Source of the DNA: Candidatus Kaiserbacteria bacterium RIFCSPLOWO2_01_FULL_45_25
Lineage (GTDB): Bacteria; Patescibacteriota; Minisyncoccia; Phycocordibacterales; UBA918
Direction of reading: 5' to 3'
NCBI GenBank assembly: GCA_001781415.1
Contig: MFLT01000003.1
Coordinates: 6,672 to 70,671 of the forward strand
Length of the DNA stretch: 64,000 nt
Every line of letters begins with the position of its first letter. Within the stretch, counting starts at the first letter, position 1. The notes below the pieces were generated by a model. The model was not told the DNA's origin, did no database searches, and saw nothing but the letters and a program-made list of their open reading frames with translations. Both the position numbers and the translations under genes were made by a program. This document shows positions 37,524 through 47,804 of this stretch, one piece after another.

Positions 37524-37940
37524 TTACTGCTCTGTCGTAGTGGCTGTGGTGGTGCCAATTAACACTTCTTTGTACTGTACTTCTTGGCTACTAGTGGCTG
37601 TAGACGAAGCTTTGGCCGAGGCTGTAGCTTTGTCTTCTTCTGTGAGAATCAGGTTAGCGGCAGTGGTAGTAGCGGCAGGGGTCGGAGCTCCTTGGTCTAC
37701 TATTGGCTCTTCCGTAGAGGCTGCTTTGAGGGCTGCTAGTTGCTCCTTAGATTTTTTAATTAGAGTCGCAAAGGGGCTAATACTATCACTCACAATTAAG
37801 TCGCCATTAATTGGAGCTTGGAGCCTAGCTGTTACCCAAAACACGCAGACCACCATCGTAAAGACACCGGCAGTGACAAGAGCGTAGTTATCGCGTACCT
37901 CTTTTGGCTTTCGATAGATGTTTTGTAAAAATTTACGCAT
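37524..37940 (-). CDS. Membrane-anchored protein with a Thr/Ala-rich C-terminus (hypothetical)
   Basis: One N-terminal TM helix and low-complexity TTTATT repeats. Confidence 0.4.
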   Translation of the reverse strand: MRKFLQNIYRKPKEVRDNYALVTAGVFTMVVCVFWVTARLQAPINGDLIVSDSISPFATLIKKSKEQLAALKAASTEEPIVDQGAPTPAATTTAANLILTEEDKATASAKASSTATSSQEVQYKEVLIGTTTATTTEQ

Positions 37941-37968
37941 ATATAACCCACCCCTCCTCCACTTTTAC

Positions 37969-38670
37969 TTAAGCTGCTTTTAGAACCTTAACTTGTCCTT
38001 CCATTTCGAGAACGTCCTTCTTTTTGATAGTTAGCTTATCAGTAGCAGTTTCTCCTTCTGCGCCAATTTCTTTGAGAAAGGCCCCGAGCGCAGTCTTGTC
38101 GTAGTGCATCGGAATAACGAGCTTGGCCTCGAGCTTAACAGCCAGCTTTGAGGCCGCTGGTACATCAAGTACATCTCCACCACCAATTGGAACAAAGAGA
38201 ATGTCGATATCCCCGAATTCACCGAGAATCTTTGGATCAATTTCAGCTGAACTAATTGCCCCTAGGAAAATCATATTAATATCCTCCAGACGAACTTGAT
38301 AGATAGTGTTGTAACGCTCTACCCCCTCATATATAGTCTTAACTCCGAAACCACGGGCAGTTACTTCCCCTACTTCATACTCACCTGGGCCTTGCACCAC
38401 ATATGGCGCCTTGTTGCCATGGGCCGCCTGGTCGGCTCCGTTGAAGTTTGGATGATTGAGTGAAATAAAAGCTACGTCTGCTCCGAACTTAGTGCTTGGT
38501 AATTTGGAATTCTTTGCAATAGGGTCAAAAGCGATTGTAGTGTCTCCAAAAGACACCTTAAAACACTGACCTCCCTGATATGTAATAACCATAGTGCCAC
38601 TAGTATACGATACTGTCGGCAGAACTAGAAATTTTGTCGCTTTAATTATCATTTTCAATAGCAAAATCAA
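37969..38670 (-). CDS. Metal-dependent hydrolase, MBL-fold (UPF0173-like); probable start at MVITYQGG (~38592)
   Basis: MVITYQGGQCFKVSF...FISLNHPNFNG...DILFVPIGGGD pattern. Confidence 0.6.
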   Translation of the reverse strand: MILLLKMIIKATKFLVLPTVSYTSGTMVITYQGGQCFKVSFGDTTIAFDPIAKNSKLPSTKFGADVAFISLNHPNFNGADQAAHGNKAPYVVQGPGEYEVGEVTARGFGVKTIYEGVERYNTIYQVRLEDINMIFLGAISSAEIDPKILGEFGDIDILFVPIGGGDVLDVPAASKLAVKLEAKLVIPMHYDKTALGAFLKEIGAEGETATDKLTIKKKDVLEMEGQVKVLKAA

Positions 38671-38740
38671 TTCCTTTACGAAAGACAGACAAAATACTTT
38701 ATGGTAACCTAGCTACATCACAACTTTTGAGGAGACTCAA

Positions 38741-38908
38741 ATGTCCAGTTCTTTAGACGCAGGCAATTCAGCCAAGCAGGCTGACGAAATCCGCGAATCC
38801 AAGTGCCCTAAGTCGGAAGACAAAAAGCACGAATGGGTGAAACATGGCACATATCCATCGACCTGGTATGCCTGCAAACACTGCGAAACCAGCATCTACG
38901 ACAAATGA
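38741..38908 (+). CDS. Small (55-aa) zinc-ribbon-like protein (not in the ORF track, <60 aa)
   Basis: RBS gaggagactcaaATG. Two Cys pairs (CPKS...YACKHC). Followed by the hairpin terminator aaaaccgcacc..ggtgcggtttt. Confidence 0.35.
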   Translation: MSSSLDAGNSAKQADEIRESKCPKSEDKKHEWVKHGTYPSTWYACKHCETSIYDK

Positions 38909-39150
38909 CGGCTCTGCCGGTTCCAAAACCGCACCACTTTACACCCTCCCGGTTTAAAGTTGTGCGGTTTTCATATATATGATTAAGCTAACTTCCCTAG
39001 ACATTTTGACGTTTCTATACTATATTTGGCGGACCATTTTTGGTAATTAATAGTTTCCTAGCGGCACACGGTAACCCCCAGACTCATGCACACGGCTACG
39101 AGTAACGGTTGTCTGGACCTGTGGCGTCGGAATAACAAAAGAAAAAGAGT

Positions 39151-40242
39151 ATGTCAGATTCTACAAACGTAGAAAACACTGGAGCTATGCAAGCGTATGC
39201 TGCAAGTATCCCAGCTGCCCCAAAGGAAGGACAATTAATAGACGGAACCGTCTCAGCTATCGGCCGAGCACGGGTTTTTGTAGACCTACCACCATTTGGT
39301 ACTGGTATCATCTACGGCCGTGAGTACATGAACGCGCGAGACATCCTTCGCAAAGTTTCAGTTGGAGACGGAATTGCTGCCAAGGTAGTAATGTCAGAAA
39401 ACGAAGACGGCTACATCGAACTTTCACTTAAGGAAGCTCGCCAAGCTCTCATCTGGGCTGATGCTGAAGAAGCAGTTAAGCGTGGTTCTATCCTCAGTCT
39501 TGAGGTTAAGGAAGCCAACAAGGGCGGACTTATCATTGAATGGCAAGGTATCCAAGGATTCCTTCCAGCCTCACAGCTTTCAGCTGACAACTACCCACGC
39601 GTAGCTGATGGCGACAAGGACAAGATCCTATCTGCGCTTAACGACCTCATTGGTAAGCACCTCTCAGTAGTAATGATTACTGCCGACCAGAAGGAGCACA
39701 AGCTCATCTTCTCTGAAAAGGGACTCCAAGAAAAAGAAGAGAAGGAAGAAAAGGTTGGTAAGTACGAAGTCGGAGATGTTCTTACTGGAGAAGTTACTGG
39801 AGCAGTTGATTTCGGTATCTTCGTTAAGGTGGAGCAAGGTCTTGAAGGTCTCGTTCACATTTCTGAACTCGACTGGGGTCTCGTTGAAGACACTCGTGCC
39901 CTCTACAAGGTAGGAGATCAAGTAAAGGTTAAGGTAATTGAAGTGAAGGATGACAAGATTTCTCTTTCAATCAAGCAACTTAAGGAGAACCCATGGCAAG
40001 AAGCAGCCAAGAAGTTCAAGAAGGACCAAATTGTTGACGCGGTAGTTATCAAGTACAACAAGCATGGTGCTCTAGCTTCAATCGAAGAAGGAGTAGCTGG
40101 ACTCGTCCACATCTCAGAATTCGAGAAGGAAGAAATGCTTAAGTCTACACTTTCACTTGGAAATGTTTACAAGTTCAAGATTACCCTCTTTGAACCAAAC
40201 GACCAACGTATGACACTTTCATACAAGGAAGCAAATACATAA
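39151..40242 (+). CDS. rpsA: 30S ribosomal protein S1 (four S1 domains)
   Basis: Repeated S1 OB-fold modules (GTVSAIGRARVFVDL; GEVTGAVDFGIFVKV; DAVVIKYNKHGALASI). Confidence 0.85.
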   Translation: MSDSTNVENTGAMQAYAASIPAAPKEGQLIDGTVSAIGRARVFVDLPPFGTGIIYGREYMNARDILRKVSVGDGIAAKVVMSENEDGYIELSLKEARQALIWADAEEAVKRGSILSLEVKEANKGGLIIEWQGIQGFLPASQLSADNYPRVADGDKDKILSALNDLIGKHLSVVMITADQKEHKLIFSEKGLQEKEEKEEKVGKYEVGDVLTGEVTGAVDFGIFVKVEQGLEGLVHISELDWGLVEDTRALYKVGDQVKVKVIEVKDDKISLSIKQLKENPWQEAAKKFKKDQIVDAVVIKYNKHGALASIEEGVAGLVHISEFEKEEMLKSTLSLGNVYKFKITLFEPNDQRMTLSYKEANT

Positions 40243-40340
40243 GTAGAAACAAGGAGTGCGAAGCGCGACTATGTTTTACTTAGGCAGACACAACCTTAGC
40301 TTCGACCTCACAGGGAGAAGATAAGGTATGTGGTCCGCCA
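40240..40340 (+). repeat. Dispersed stem-loop element, family R, copy c
   Basis: taagtagaaacaaggagtgcgaagcgcgactatgttttacttaggcagacacaaccttagcttcgacctcacagggagaagataaggtatgtggtccgcc. Confidence 0.55.
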
Positions 40341-40442
40341 GGTACTCGAAATTATCATCCTAAGTAATAATTCGAGCGTAGTAGTAATACTACAGAAAAA
40401 GCGACGGTGGCCTTCGGCCACCGTCGCTTTTTGTTGTCATAG

Positions 40443-41039
40443 TTAGTTCCAGGTATTCATCGCCTTCACATACCCCTCGCGCACAATTTCGCAGACGGCT
40501 TTTTGGACGTCTACCAAAATCTCTTCAGAGAGTTGGGTCCGTTCTTTACCAGTGAACTTCCCGAGCACAAAGCGTGGTAACGCGTCACCACTTAGTTGCT
40601 TCGGCTTCCCTGTCCAAAAGCTAGTTGGGCCAACACCGATTCGCACCCGCACAAATTCTTTACTACCCATTACGCCAATAATTGACTTTAGTCCGTTGTG
40701 TCCCCCGTCACCACGATCAAATGAGACCTTTATAGCACCAAACGGCAGCGCTACATCGTCATACAACACCACGAGATTTTTAAGCTCGTCTTTTGAGACC
40801 AATTTTTTGATTGAGTTACCAGAATTATTCATAAAAGTCTCTGGATACAAAAGCCCTACCGACTGGCCGCACAAACTTCCCTCAGCGTATCGACCCTCTA
40901 GGTGACCAGCTTTAGTTGGGACCGGAAGATGTAATGAGTCCACGATAAAATCAAGCGCCAAAAACCCGACGTTGTGTCTGGTGTGTTCATATTCTTTTCC
41001 AGGATTACCGAGTCCGACGATGTAAAACATTAGTGACAT
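40443..41039 (-). CDS. pth: Peptidyl-tRNA hydrolase
   Basis: MFYIVGLGNPGKEYEHTRHNVGF...GHNGLKS. Confidence 0.9.
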   Translation of the reverse strand: MSLMFYIVGLGNPGKEYEHTRHNVGFLALDFIVDSLHLPVPTKAGHLEGRYAEGSLCGQSVGLLYPETFMNNSGNSIKKLVSKDELKNLVVLYDDVALPFGAIKVSFDRGDGGHNGLKSIIGVMGSKEFVRVRIGVGPTSFWTGKPKQLSGDALPRFVLGKFTGKERTQLSEEILVDVQKAVCEIVREGYVKAMNTWN

Positions 41040-41092
41040 TGTACATGAATATCTAGACGAGTAACAAATCTTATTAATTCACTTTGCAGGCC

Positions 41093-41162
41093 ACTACAGT
41101 CGACCGCTCCCTGCGGGGTCGCGGCTCGACTAAGTGTCTGACTAAGTTCAAAATAGTCGACG
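41093..41162 (-). repeat. Dispersed stem-loop element, family R, copy e (inverted; on the pth 5'-leader side)
   Basis: Reverse complement: cgtcgactattttgaacttagtcagacacttagtcgagccgcgaccccgcagggagcggtcgactgtagtgg. Confidence 0.5.
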
Positions 41163-41230
41163 TTTTACGTCTCGTTTTTTCACTCATTGTTTTTAGTTTT
41201 TTCTTAAAGTATAATAGTGAAACTTTTGCT

Positions 41231-41878
41231 ATGAATCTGTTCTCACACCAACAAAAAGACTTCACTGATGCTGATATCGATGGATCAGTTGAGACAGAGA
41301 CATCTAACAACAAACCGTCCGAAAACTCACTTTTGGAAATTATCCGCTTTTCACTGATTGCCCTTTTGATTGTGGTACCAGTGCGGATGTTTATCGCTCA
41401 GCCTTTCATCGTCTCTGGCGCCTCAATGGAAACCACTTTCCACAATGGCGAATACCTGATTGTTGACCAAGTCAGCTACCACCTACATTCACCAGAGCGT
41501 GGTGACGTGGTTATTTTCCGCTACCCGCGTGACCCGTCCAAGTACTTCATCAAGCGAATTATCGGTATTCCTGGTGACACAATCACCATTGAAGGCAGTA
41601 CGGTCACAATCGTAAACGAAGCCAACCCAGAAGGCTTTACCGTCAACGAGCCATACATCAAATCAATGCGCGATGGTGTCACTATTACTGAAGAACTCGG
41701 TGACCGTGAGTACTTTGTGATGGGAGATAACCGTGACGAAAGTTCTGATTCCCGTGTCTGGGGCGTACTCCAAGAGGAGCGAATTATTGGTAAGGCGTTT
41801 TTGCGCCTATTCCCACCAAAAGTGTTTGACGTATTACCTGGAGCAGCTGATGAAGCAGTTATGAATAGTGTCGAATAA
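41231..41878 (+). CDS. lepB: Signal peptidase I (start at MNLFSH; the ORF-track start at 41084 runs through repeat R-e)
   Basis: TM anchor, catalytic Ser box SGASMETTF, GDVVIFRYP, KRIIGIPGD, GDNRDESSDSRVWG. Confidence 0.85.
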   Translation: MNLFSHQQKDFTDADIDGSVETETSNNKPSENSLLEIIRFSLIALLIVVPVRMFIAQPFIVSGASMETTFHNGEYLIVDQVSYHLHSPERGDVVIFRYPRDPSKYFIKRIIGIPGDTITIEGSTVTIVNEANPEGFTVNEPYIKSMRDGVTITEELGDREYFVMGDNRDESSDSRVWGVLQEERIIGKAFLRLFPPKVFDVLPGAADEAVMNSVE

Positions 41879-43058
41879 TTATTTAGATCTTATGAAATAT
41901 TCACCAACAGAGTTTCTCAAGATTGCGACCAATACCGCGGAACACTTCGGCTTCCGGACAGCTGACGTAGTCAAAAAAGACCCACTCTGCAAAAACTGTG
42001 AAGTTTCACTGCCCTACTCAGACACCCCCGAAGACAAAAAGAACTTTTCCGAACAATTCCTACTCACGAGCAGTGTCTCAACTTTCTGCAACGACAACCT
42101 CCACGCCATCAAAGCACCGGTACTTTTGTATTCTCTTGAGCAACTCCCACAGATAGACAGTACTGCCGTTACCTTTAGTATTTTCAACGTCCAAAAAAGT
42201 ATTGCTGAAGCCATCCTCATTCAAGCTGGACGTTCACTCATGCAAGAGCTCGGACATGAGGACCATGTAGTACGTATCAATTCACTTGGCGATACCGAAT
42301 CAAGTACTCGCTACAGTCGAGAGCTCACCAACTTCCTTCGTAAGCGACTTGATGTCATGCCAACTGATGCTCGTGAACTAATGAAAGAACACCCACTCTT
42401 AGCCCTCATGAGTCTCTTGAAGCAAGAGCATGACCTCGCCTACCGTAGCCCAAATCCACTCGAATACTTGAGTGACCAAAGTCGCAAACACTTCCGAGAG
42501 ATTGTGGAGTATTTGGATATGACAGAGACACCATACGAAATTGATCCAAAAATGATTGGACACCACGAGTATTACTCAGATGCCCTTTTCTCTATCGAAG
42601 CTATTGGTGAGCGAGAACCACTAGCACCAACTGTGTCAGTCCAAGGTGGTCGCTACGATGAGTACATGTACCGCAAGACTCGCAGTCGTATCCCAGCCGC
42701 CGGTGCCGTAATCACCTACAGCAACGGCAAGCAACCAGCTCGCATGCCGAAGGGTAAGTCAGTGAATCCAGAAGTGTATGTAGTACAGCTAGGTTTTGGT
42801 CCAAAGGTCCGTAGTCTGATGGTAATTGACCAGCTCAAGCACGCTGGAATCCCCGTACGGCACGATTTGGCTAGTGATTCGCTCTCAGCCCAACTACGTG
42901 ACGCCGAAGCTCGTGGCGTGCGTTATACGGTCATTATCGGCCAGAAGGAGTTTGTCGACCAAACCGTCATCCTCCGCGATATGCGCGAACGAAATCAGGA
43001 GAATATCCCACTTGATGCCATGATAAAAAGACTCAAGAAGCAACTGACCGTCAGCTAG
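41868..43058 (+). CDS. Histidyl-tRNA-synthetase-like class II aaRS paralog (divergent catalytic core)
   Basis: Motif 3 QGGRYDEYMY...AAGAVI and a C-terminal HisRS/GlyRS-type anticodon-binding domain (VYVVQLGF...IPVRHDL...YTVIIGQKEF). Motifs 1 and 2 are not recognisable by eye. Confidence 0.5.
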   Translation: MSNNYLDLMKYSPTEFLKIATNTAEHFGFRTADVVKKDPLCKNCEVSLPYSDTPEDKKNFSEQFLLTSSVSTFCNDNLHAIKAPVLLYSLEQLPQIDSTAVTFSIFNVQKSIAEAILIQAGRSLMQELGHEDHVVRINSLGDTESSTRYSRELTNFLRKRLDVMPTDARELMKEHPLLALMSLLKQEHDLAYRSPNPLEYLSDQSRKHFREIVEYLDMTETPYEIDPKMIGHHEYYSDALFSIEAIGEREPLAPTVSVQGGRYDEYMYRKTRSRIPAAGAVITYSNGKQPARMPKGKSVNPEVYVVQLGFGPKVRSLMVIDQLKHAGIPVRHDLASDSLSAQLRDAEARGVRYTVIIGQKEFVDQTVILRDMRERNQENIPLDAMIKRLKKQLTVS

Positions 43059-43118
43059 AACCCGTCTAGATTACCCCCTTGCACATATGAGCGCTTAATG
43101 ATAAGCTCTTGCTCACAT

Positions 43119-43364
43119 ATGGCAACAAACGTCCAAGTAGATAAAAATAACAACGAAAGCAGTGCGAACGTAATTCGCCGCTTTACCAAGCGTGTGCAAG
43201 GCGCAGGTATCGTACCAAAGGTACGAGCTGGCCGTTACTACACTCGTCTAAAGAGTCGAAACGTACAACGTTTTGCAAAGCTAAAGAAGCTCGCTAAGAA
43301 AGAAACTTACGAAAAACTTCTCAAGCTAGGAAAGATTGCAGAACAACGAAGCTATCGCCGCTAA
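43119..43364 (+). CDS. rpsU: 30S ribosomal protein S21 (start at MATNVQV)
   Basis: MATNVQVDKNNNESSANVIRRFTKRVQGAGI...RRYYTRLKSRN is a basic S21 pattern. Confidence 0.75.
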   Translation: MATNVQVDKNNNESSANVIRRFTKRVQGAGIVPKVRAGRYYTRLKSRNVQRFAKLKKLAKKETYEKLLKLGKIAEQRSYRR

Positions 43365-43427
43365 ACCAAAAACCCTTCTCTACTGAGAGGGGTTTTTGTT
43401 TGCTCAACCGTATGTCATACTGAAGCT

Positions 43428-43814
43428 ATGTCAGACAACACATTTTCTCTTTCGAGCACCATCGCCCACTACCCAACCTTTCCTTATCGTGAAATGAAAG
43501 ATGCCATCCTCGGCAAGAAGTACGAGCTATCAGTGGCCTTTGTTGGGACTGCCCGAGCCCAAAAGCTAAACGTTGCCTACCGCCAGAAGACGTATGTACC
43601 AAACGTCCTATCCTTCCCACTAGATGATGCTCACGGCGAAATTTACCTCTGCCCAGAAATTGCCTATCCTGAGGCCAAAGACTTCAATCTAACCAAAGAC
43701 GGCTACATTGCATTTCTATTTATCCACGGCTTACTTCATTTGAAAGGTCATGACCATGGCGCTACAATGGAAGCATTAGAGCAGCGCTATATGAAACGCT
43801 TCAACATCGCGTAA
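43428..43814 (+). CDS. ybeY: rRNA maturation endoribonuclease YbeY
   Basis: Zinc motif HGLLHLKGHDH. Confidence 0.85.
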   Translation: MSDNTFSLSSTIAHYPTFPYREMKDAILGKKYELSVAFVGTARAQKLNVAYRQKTYVPNVLSFPLDDAHGEIYLCPEIAYPEAKDFNLTKDGYIAFLFIHGLLHLKGHDHGATMEALEQRYMKRFNIA

Positions 43815-43831
43815 GCTCTTTGTAATCCACT

Positions 43832-45001
43832 ATGGCCGAACACATCATCACAGGTATCGACGTCGGAACCTACCATGTAAAAGTGGCGATTGCTCGCCTG
43901 CCAAAAAACGGCCACGAGCGAGTTGTACCCGAAATCATCGGGACTGGTTTTGCTGAGACTCGTGGCCTCAAAAGTGGCTACATTCTCCAAAGTGACGAAG
44001 TGGCACGCAGCATCAAAAGTGCCATCGCCCAAGCCGAGAAGAGTGCTGGCGTTATCGTCAAACGGGCCCATGTAGCGATTGGAAGTATCGGACTTGAGGA
44101 AACATACTCTAGGGGCGAAATTATCCCAGCCCGAGCTGATTCAGAGGTTACTTCAACTGACGTTGAGAAGGTCATGCAAGACAGTGAAGACCGCATTATC
44201 GACCACATTCCCAATCGACGCATCTTACACAGTATCCCCCTTCGCTACACTGTTGACGGTGCTGAAGTACTTGGCCGCCCTCAGGGCATGCGTGGGACCA
44301 AGCTTGAAGTTGATACCCTTTTCATTACTTCCTACGAGCAGCACATCAACGACCTTATGAGTGCCATTGAAAGTATCGGCGTATACGTGGAGGATGTCAT
44401 TGCTTCCCCACTGGCCGCTAGCTTTGTAATGCTCAACAAGACCCAGAAACGGGCTGGCTGCATTCTGGCCAATATCGGCTCAGAGACCACCTCTATCGTC
44501 GTCTTTGAAGACGCCACCCCAATCTCACTCAAGATCTTCCCGACTGGCTCAAACGATATCACCAACGACATTGCCCTTGGACTCAAGGTACCAATCGAAG
44601 AAGCAGAGAAGATTAAACGTGGCGGTATGACGAGTGCTACTTACTCCAAGAAGCGCTTAGATGAAATTATCCAAAGTCGCCTCACTACCATCTTTACCCT
44701 CATTGACGGACACCTCAAAAAAATCAAACGCGATGGTTTACTTCCGGCTGGCATCATCCTTACTGGTGGAGGATCAAATACCCACAACATCACTGACGTG
44801 GCCAAAAATATTCTCTCTCTTCCAGCCAGAACTGCTACTCTTGAAATCGGCAAGAACACCAAAGTAAAGGACGCAACTTGGGCTGTAGCTTACGGACTAT
44901 GCATGTGGGGCGCGAGTGATACTGAAGATACTTCTACTCTAGGAATTGTGAAGCAAACAAAAAAGAGCCTATTTTCTTGGTTTAATCAATTCCTTCCGTA
45001 A
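43832..45001 (+). CDS. ftsA: Cell division protein FtsA
   Basis: Actin-fold: ITGIDVGTYHVKVAIA...ILTGGGSN. Sits immediately upstream of ftsZ. Confidence 0.85.
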   Translation: MAEHIITGIDVGTYHVKVAIARLPKNGHERVVPEIIGTGFAETRGLKSGYILQSDEVARSIKSAIAQAEKSAGVIVKRAHVAIGSIGLEETYSRGEIIPARADSEVTSTDVEKVMQDSEDRIIDHIPNRRILHSIPLRYTVDGAEVLGRPQGMRGTKLEVDTLFITSYEQHINDLMSAIESIGVYVEDVIASPLAASFVMLNKTQKRAGCILANIGSETTSIVVFEDATPISLKIFPTGSNDITNDIALGLKVPIEEAEKIKRGGMTSATYSKKRLDEIIQSRLTTIFTLIDGHLKKIKRDGLLPAGIILTGGGSNTHNITDVAKNILSLPARTATLEIGKNTKVKDATWAVAYGLCMWGASDTEDTSTLGIVKQTKKSLFSWFNQFLP

Positions 45002-45133
45002 CACAAATTCTTTTGTGTCAAACACACGAATTTGATTGATGTCAATATCGTGACAGATAGTTTTATCCGCTGTATGATTACGGAGCTTATTAAATAAAGG
45101 TACTCAGGGGTGGGTACGAGCACAATTTTTTAT

Positions 45134-46393
45134 TACACAAAATTTATGGAACAAATTAAATCAGACGTTGAATCTTTCGCACGTATCCGAGTAATTGGAG
45201 TTGGAGGTTCTGGTAACAATGCCGTGAACTACATGGTGGGCTCAAAAGTTAAGGGTGTAGAATTTATTGCCATTAACAGTGACGCACAAGATTTGCATCA
45301 CTCACTAGCAAAGAAGAAAATTCACATCGGTAAAAATCTTACTCGTGGACTAGGAGCTGGTGGTAATCCTGAACAGGGACGCCGAGCCGCTGAAGAGACA
45401 CGTGAGGAAATTAATAACTCCATCAAGGGCTCAGACATGATCTTTGTTACTTGTGGTATGGGTGGTGGAACAGGTACTGGAGCTGCTCCAGTTATTGCCA
45501 AGATCGCTCGCGAAAGTGGCGCCCTAACTGTTGGTGTTGTAACCAAGCCATTCCTATTTGAAGGACAAGAGCGTATGCGCTTGGCCCTCCAAGGAATTGA
45601 AGAGCTCAAGAAGGAAGTAGACGCTCTCATCACCATCCCAAACGACCGACTCCTCGCTATCGTTGATCGCGAAACTACCGTCCGCAATGCCTTTGAGCAG
45701 TGTGACAATGTACTCAAGCAAGCTGTTGAAGGTATCTCTGACCTCATCACAATGCCAGGTATCATCAACGTCGACTTTGCCGACATCCGTAGTGTGATGG
45801 AAAACGCTGGTTCAGCTCTCATGGGTGTAGGTGTATCAACTGGCGAAAAGCGTGCTGAAGAAGCCGCTCGCTCAGCGATTAATTCCCCACTCCTTGAAGT
45901 ATCTATTACTGGAGCTAAGGGTGTACTCTTTGCCATTGCTGGTGGAGACGACCTCGCCATGCTCGAAGTACAAGATGCCGCTCGTATCATTACAGAATCA
46001 ATCGACCCACATGCCAAGGTTATCTTTGGAGCGATTAAAGACGAGAAGCTAAAGAAGAATGAGATTAAAGTAACTGTGATTGCAACCGGTTTCCCAGAAG
46101 AAACTAGTGGTACACAAAACACCATCTCTCGTCGCATACCAACCGCAGCGCCAAGTCGAGTGGAGCCAGAAGATGAAATGGTGGAGCCATCTCGTGGCAA
46201 AATCTTCAACTCTCTATCAGTACCACGACGTCCCGAAGCAGAGATGACTCCAGAACCAACCATGTCTCAGGCTGCACCTAAGGCACCAGAAATGCTAAAG
46301 CGTGATCCAAAGCCAGTTGATCCTATTGACGAGGATGATGGGGATGACTGGGGGGCAGTGCCTGCTTTCCTACGTAGGTCAAAGTTGAAATAG
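45134..46393 (+). CDS. ftsZ: Cell division protein FtsZ (start probably MEQIKS, ~45134/45146)
   Basis: [11 protein letters not shown] and the tubulin signature [13 protein letters not shown]. Confidence 0.95.
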   Translation, partial: YTKFMEQIKSDVESFARIRVIGVGGSGNNAVNYMVGSKVKGVEFIAINSDAQDLHHSLAKKKIHIGKNLTRGLGAGGNPEQGRRAAEETREEINNSIKGSDMIFVTCGMGGGTGTGAAPVIAKIARESGALTVGVVTKPFLFEGQERMRLALQGIEELKKEVDALITIPNDRLLAIVDRETTVRNAFEQCDNVLKQAVEGISDLITMPGIINVDFADIRSVMENAGSALMGVGVSTGEKRAEEAARSAINSPLLEVSITGAKGVLFAIAGGDDLAMLEVQDAARIITESIDPHAKVIFGAIKDEKLKKNEIKVTVIATGFPEETSGTQNTISRRIPTAAPSRVEPEDEMVEPSRGKIFNSLSVPRRPEAEMTPEPTMSQAAPKAPEMLKRDPKPVDPIDEDDGDDWGAVPAFLRRSKLK

Positions 46394-46612
46394 GAAGTAT
46401 CTACTTACCTCGTAGTACTTATTACTCTCTGTAGCAGGCACTGCCGGACGGAGCGTAGTGAGTCGCCCCTTTCCTAGGGCGACGAACCGCGAGTCGGGGT
46501 CGAGAACACTTAGTAGAATTTTGCACGAAGTGCTAAATTATACTTAGTGATTCGTGACCGGTGCCGGTATATCTTTTAACAAAACCCGCCTCTAGGCGGG
46601 TTTTGTTAAAAT
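46394..46612 (+). repeat. Composite repeat element core, copy G (no adjacent tRNA), with terminator
   Basis: gcaggcactgccggacggagcgtagtgagtcgcccctttcctagggcgacgaaccgcgagtcggggtcgagaacacttagtagaattttgcacgaagtgctaaattatacttagtgattcgtgaccg, then the terminator aaaacccgcctctaggcgggtttt. Confidence 0.55.
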
Positions 46613-46639
46613 TAATCATTCTTATATCGCCCTCTAGCA

Positions 46640-46765
46640 GACACTGCCGGCCGCAGCGAAAAGTGAACAAACGAGACGCAAAGCGTCGACTATTGTGAAC
46701 TTATGCAGAAGTAATATTATTTTCGACCCACAAGGGAGAAAATAATATATACTTCCTGCAAGTAA
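46640..46765 (+). repeat. Dispersed stem-loop element, family R, copy d (~100 bp upstream of trxB); begins with the core-like ccgcagcga
   Basis: gcagacactgccggccgcagcgaaaagtgaacaaacgagacgcaaagcgtcgactattgtgaacttatgcagaagtaatattattttcgacccacaagggagaaaataatatatacttcctgc. Confidence 0.55.
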
Positions 46766-46868
46766 GTCCCTCGACAATACCTCTCCCCAAAACCCCACCG
46801 GCCCCACGCCGATGGGGTTTTGCTGTTAACTCCTCTTGCGGTACAATAGGCTCCACTAACACATAATA

Positions 46869-47804
46869 TTGAATACTGATATGTACGAACTAACGATTAT
46901 TGGAGGAGGGCCAGCCGGAGTAGCAGCCGGAGTATACGCTTCACGCAAGCAACTTCGAACACTATTTATTACTAAAGAATGGGGTGGCCAAAGTATCGTT
47001 TCAACAGATATTCAAAACTGGATTGGTACTCCATCAATCAGCGGCAGCAAGCTCGCTAGTGACCTCCGTGGTCACCTCGAAGCTTATGCTGGAGAGTACG
47101 TAGATATCAAATCAGGTTCACTAGTAACCAAGATTGAAAAGGCGGAGGAAGGCTTTACCATCCATATGACTTCAGGTGAAACTATCTCTACCAAGACAAT
47201 ATTGGTAGCCAGTGGCTCAGAGCGACGCAAGCTTGATGCTATCAATGCAGACATCTTTGAACACAAGGGACTTACCTACTGTGCTAGTTGTGACGGACCA
47301 ATGTTTGGTGGCCAAGACGTAGTGGTGGTTGGTGGTGGTAACGCAGCTTTTGAGACCGCAGCGCAGCTTCTAGCGTACGCCAAGAGTGTAACTTTGCTCC
47401 AACGCGGCGACGCCTACAAAGCAGATCCTGTGACTGTAGAGCATGTCCTCTCACATCCCAACATGACTGGTATCCTAAACGCCCATGTAACAGAAGTGGC
47501 TGGAGATAAATTCGTATCAGGCCTCACCTATCTAGACGCCACCACCAATACTCCTGTGACTTTGGCGACAGCGGGAATCTTTGTTGAAATTGGCATGCTG
47601 CCAAACACAAGTTACCTGGGAGACGTTGTCGAGCTAGACCAATACAAACGAGTAGTGATTGATCCTTGGACTCAAAAGACCTCTACCCCAGGTATCTGGG
47701 CCGCTGGTGACTGCACCAACGTCCTCTACCACCAAAACAACATCGCTGCTGGCGATGCGGTGCGGGCCCTGGAAGATATTTACATGGCTCTCAAAGCACA
47801 CTAA
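46869..47804 (+). CDS. trxB: Thioredoxin-disulfide reductase
   Basis: FAD site IIGGGPAGVAAGVYA, redox CASCDGPMF, NADPH site VVVVGGGNAAFE. Confidence 0.9.
   Translation: MNTDMYELTIIGGGPAGVAAGVYASRKQLRTLFITKEWGGQSIVSTDIQNWIGTPSISGSKLASDLRGHLEAYAGEYVDIKSGSLVTKIEKAEEGFTIHMTSGETISTKTILVASGSERRKLDAINADIFEHKGLTYCASCDGPMFGGQDVVVVGGGNAAFETAAQLLAYAKSVTLLQRGDAYKADPVTVEHVLSHPNMTGILNAHVTEVAGDKFVSGLTYLDATTNTPVTLATAGIFVEIGMLPNTSYLGDVVELDQYKRVVIDPWTQKTSTPGIWAAGDCTNVLYHQNNIAAGDAVRALEDIYMALKAH

Noticed and set aside
45322-46263. 313-aa minus-strand ORF inside ftsZ
   Set aside because: Antisense to ftsZ. Arg/Ser-rich nonsense composition.
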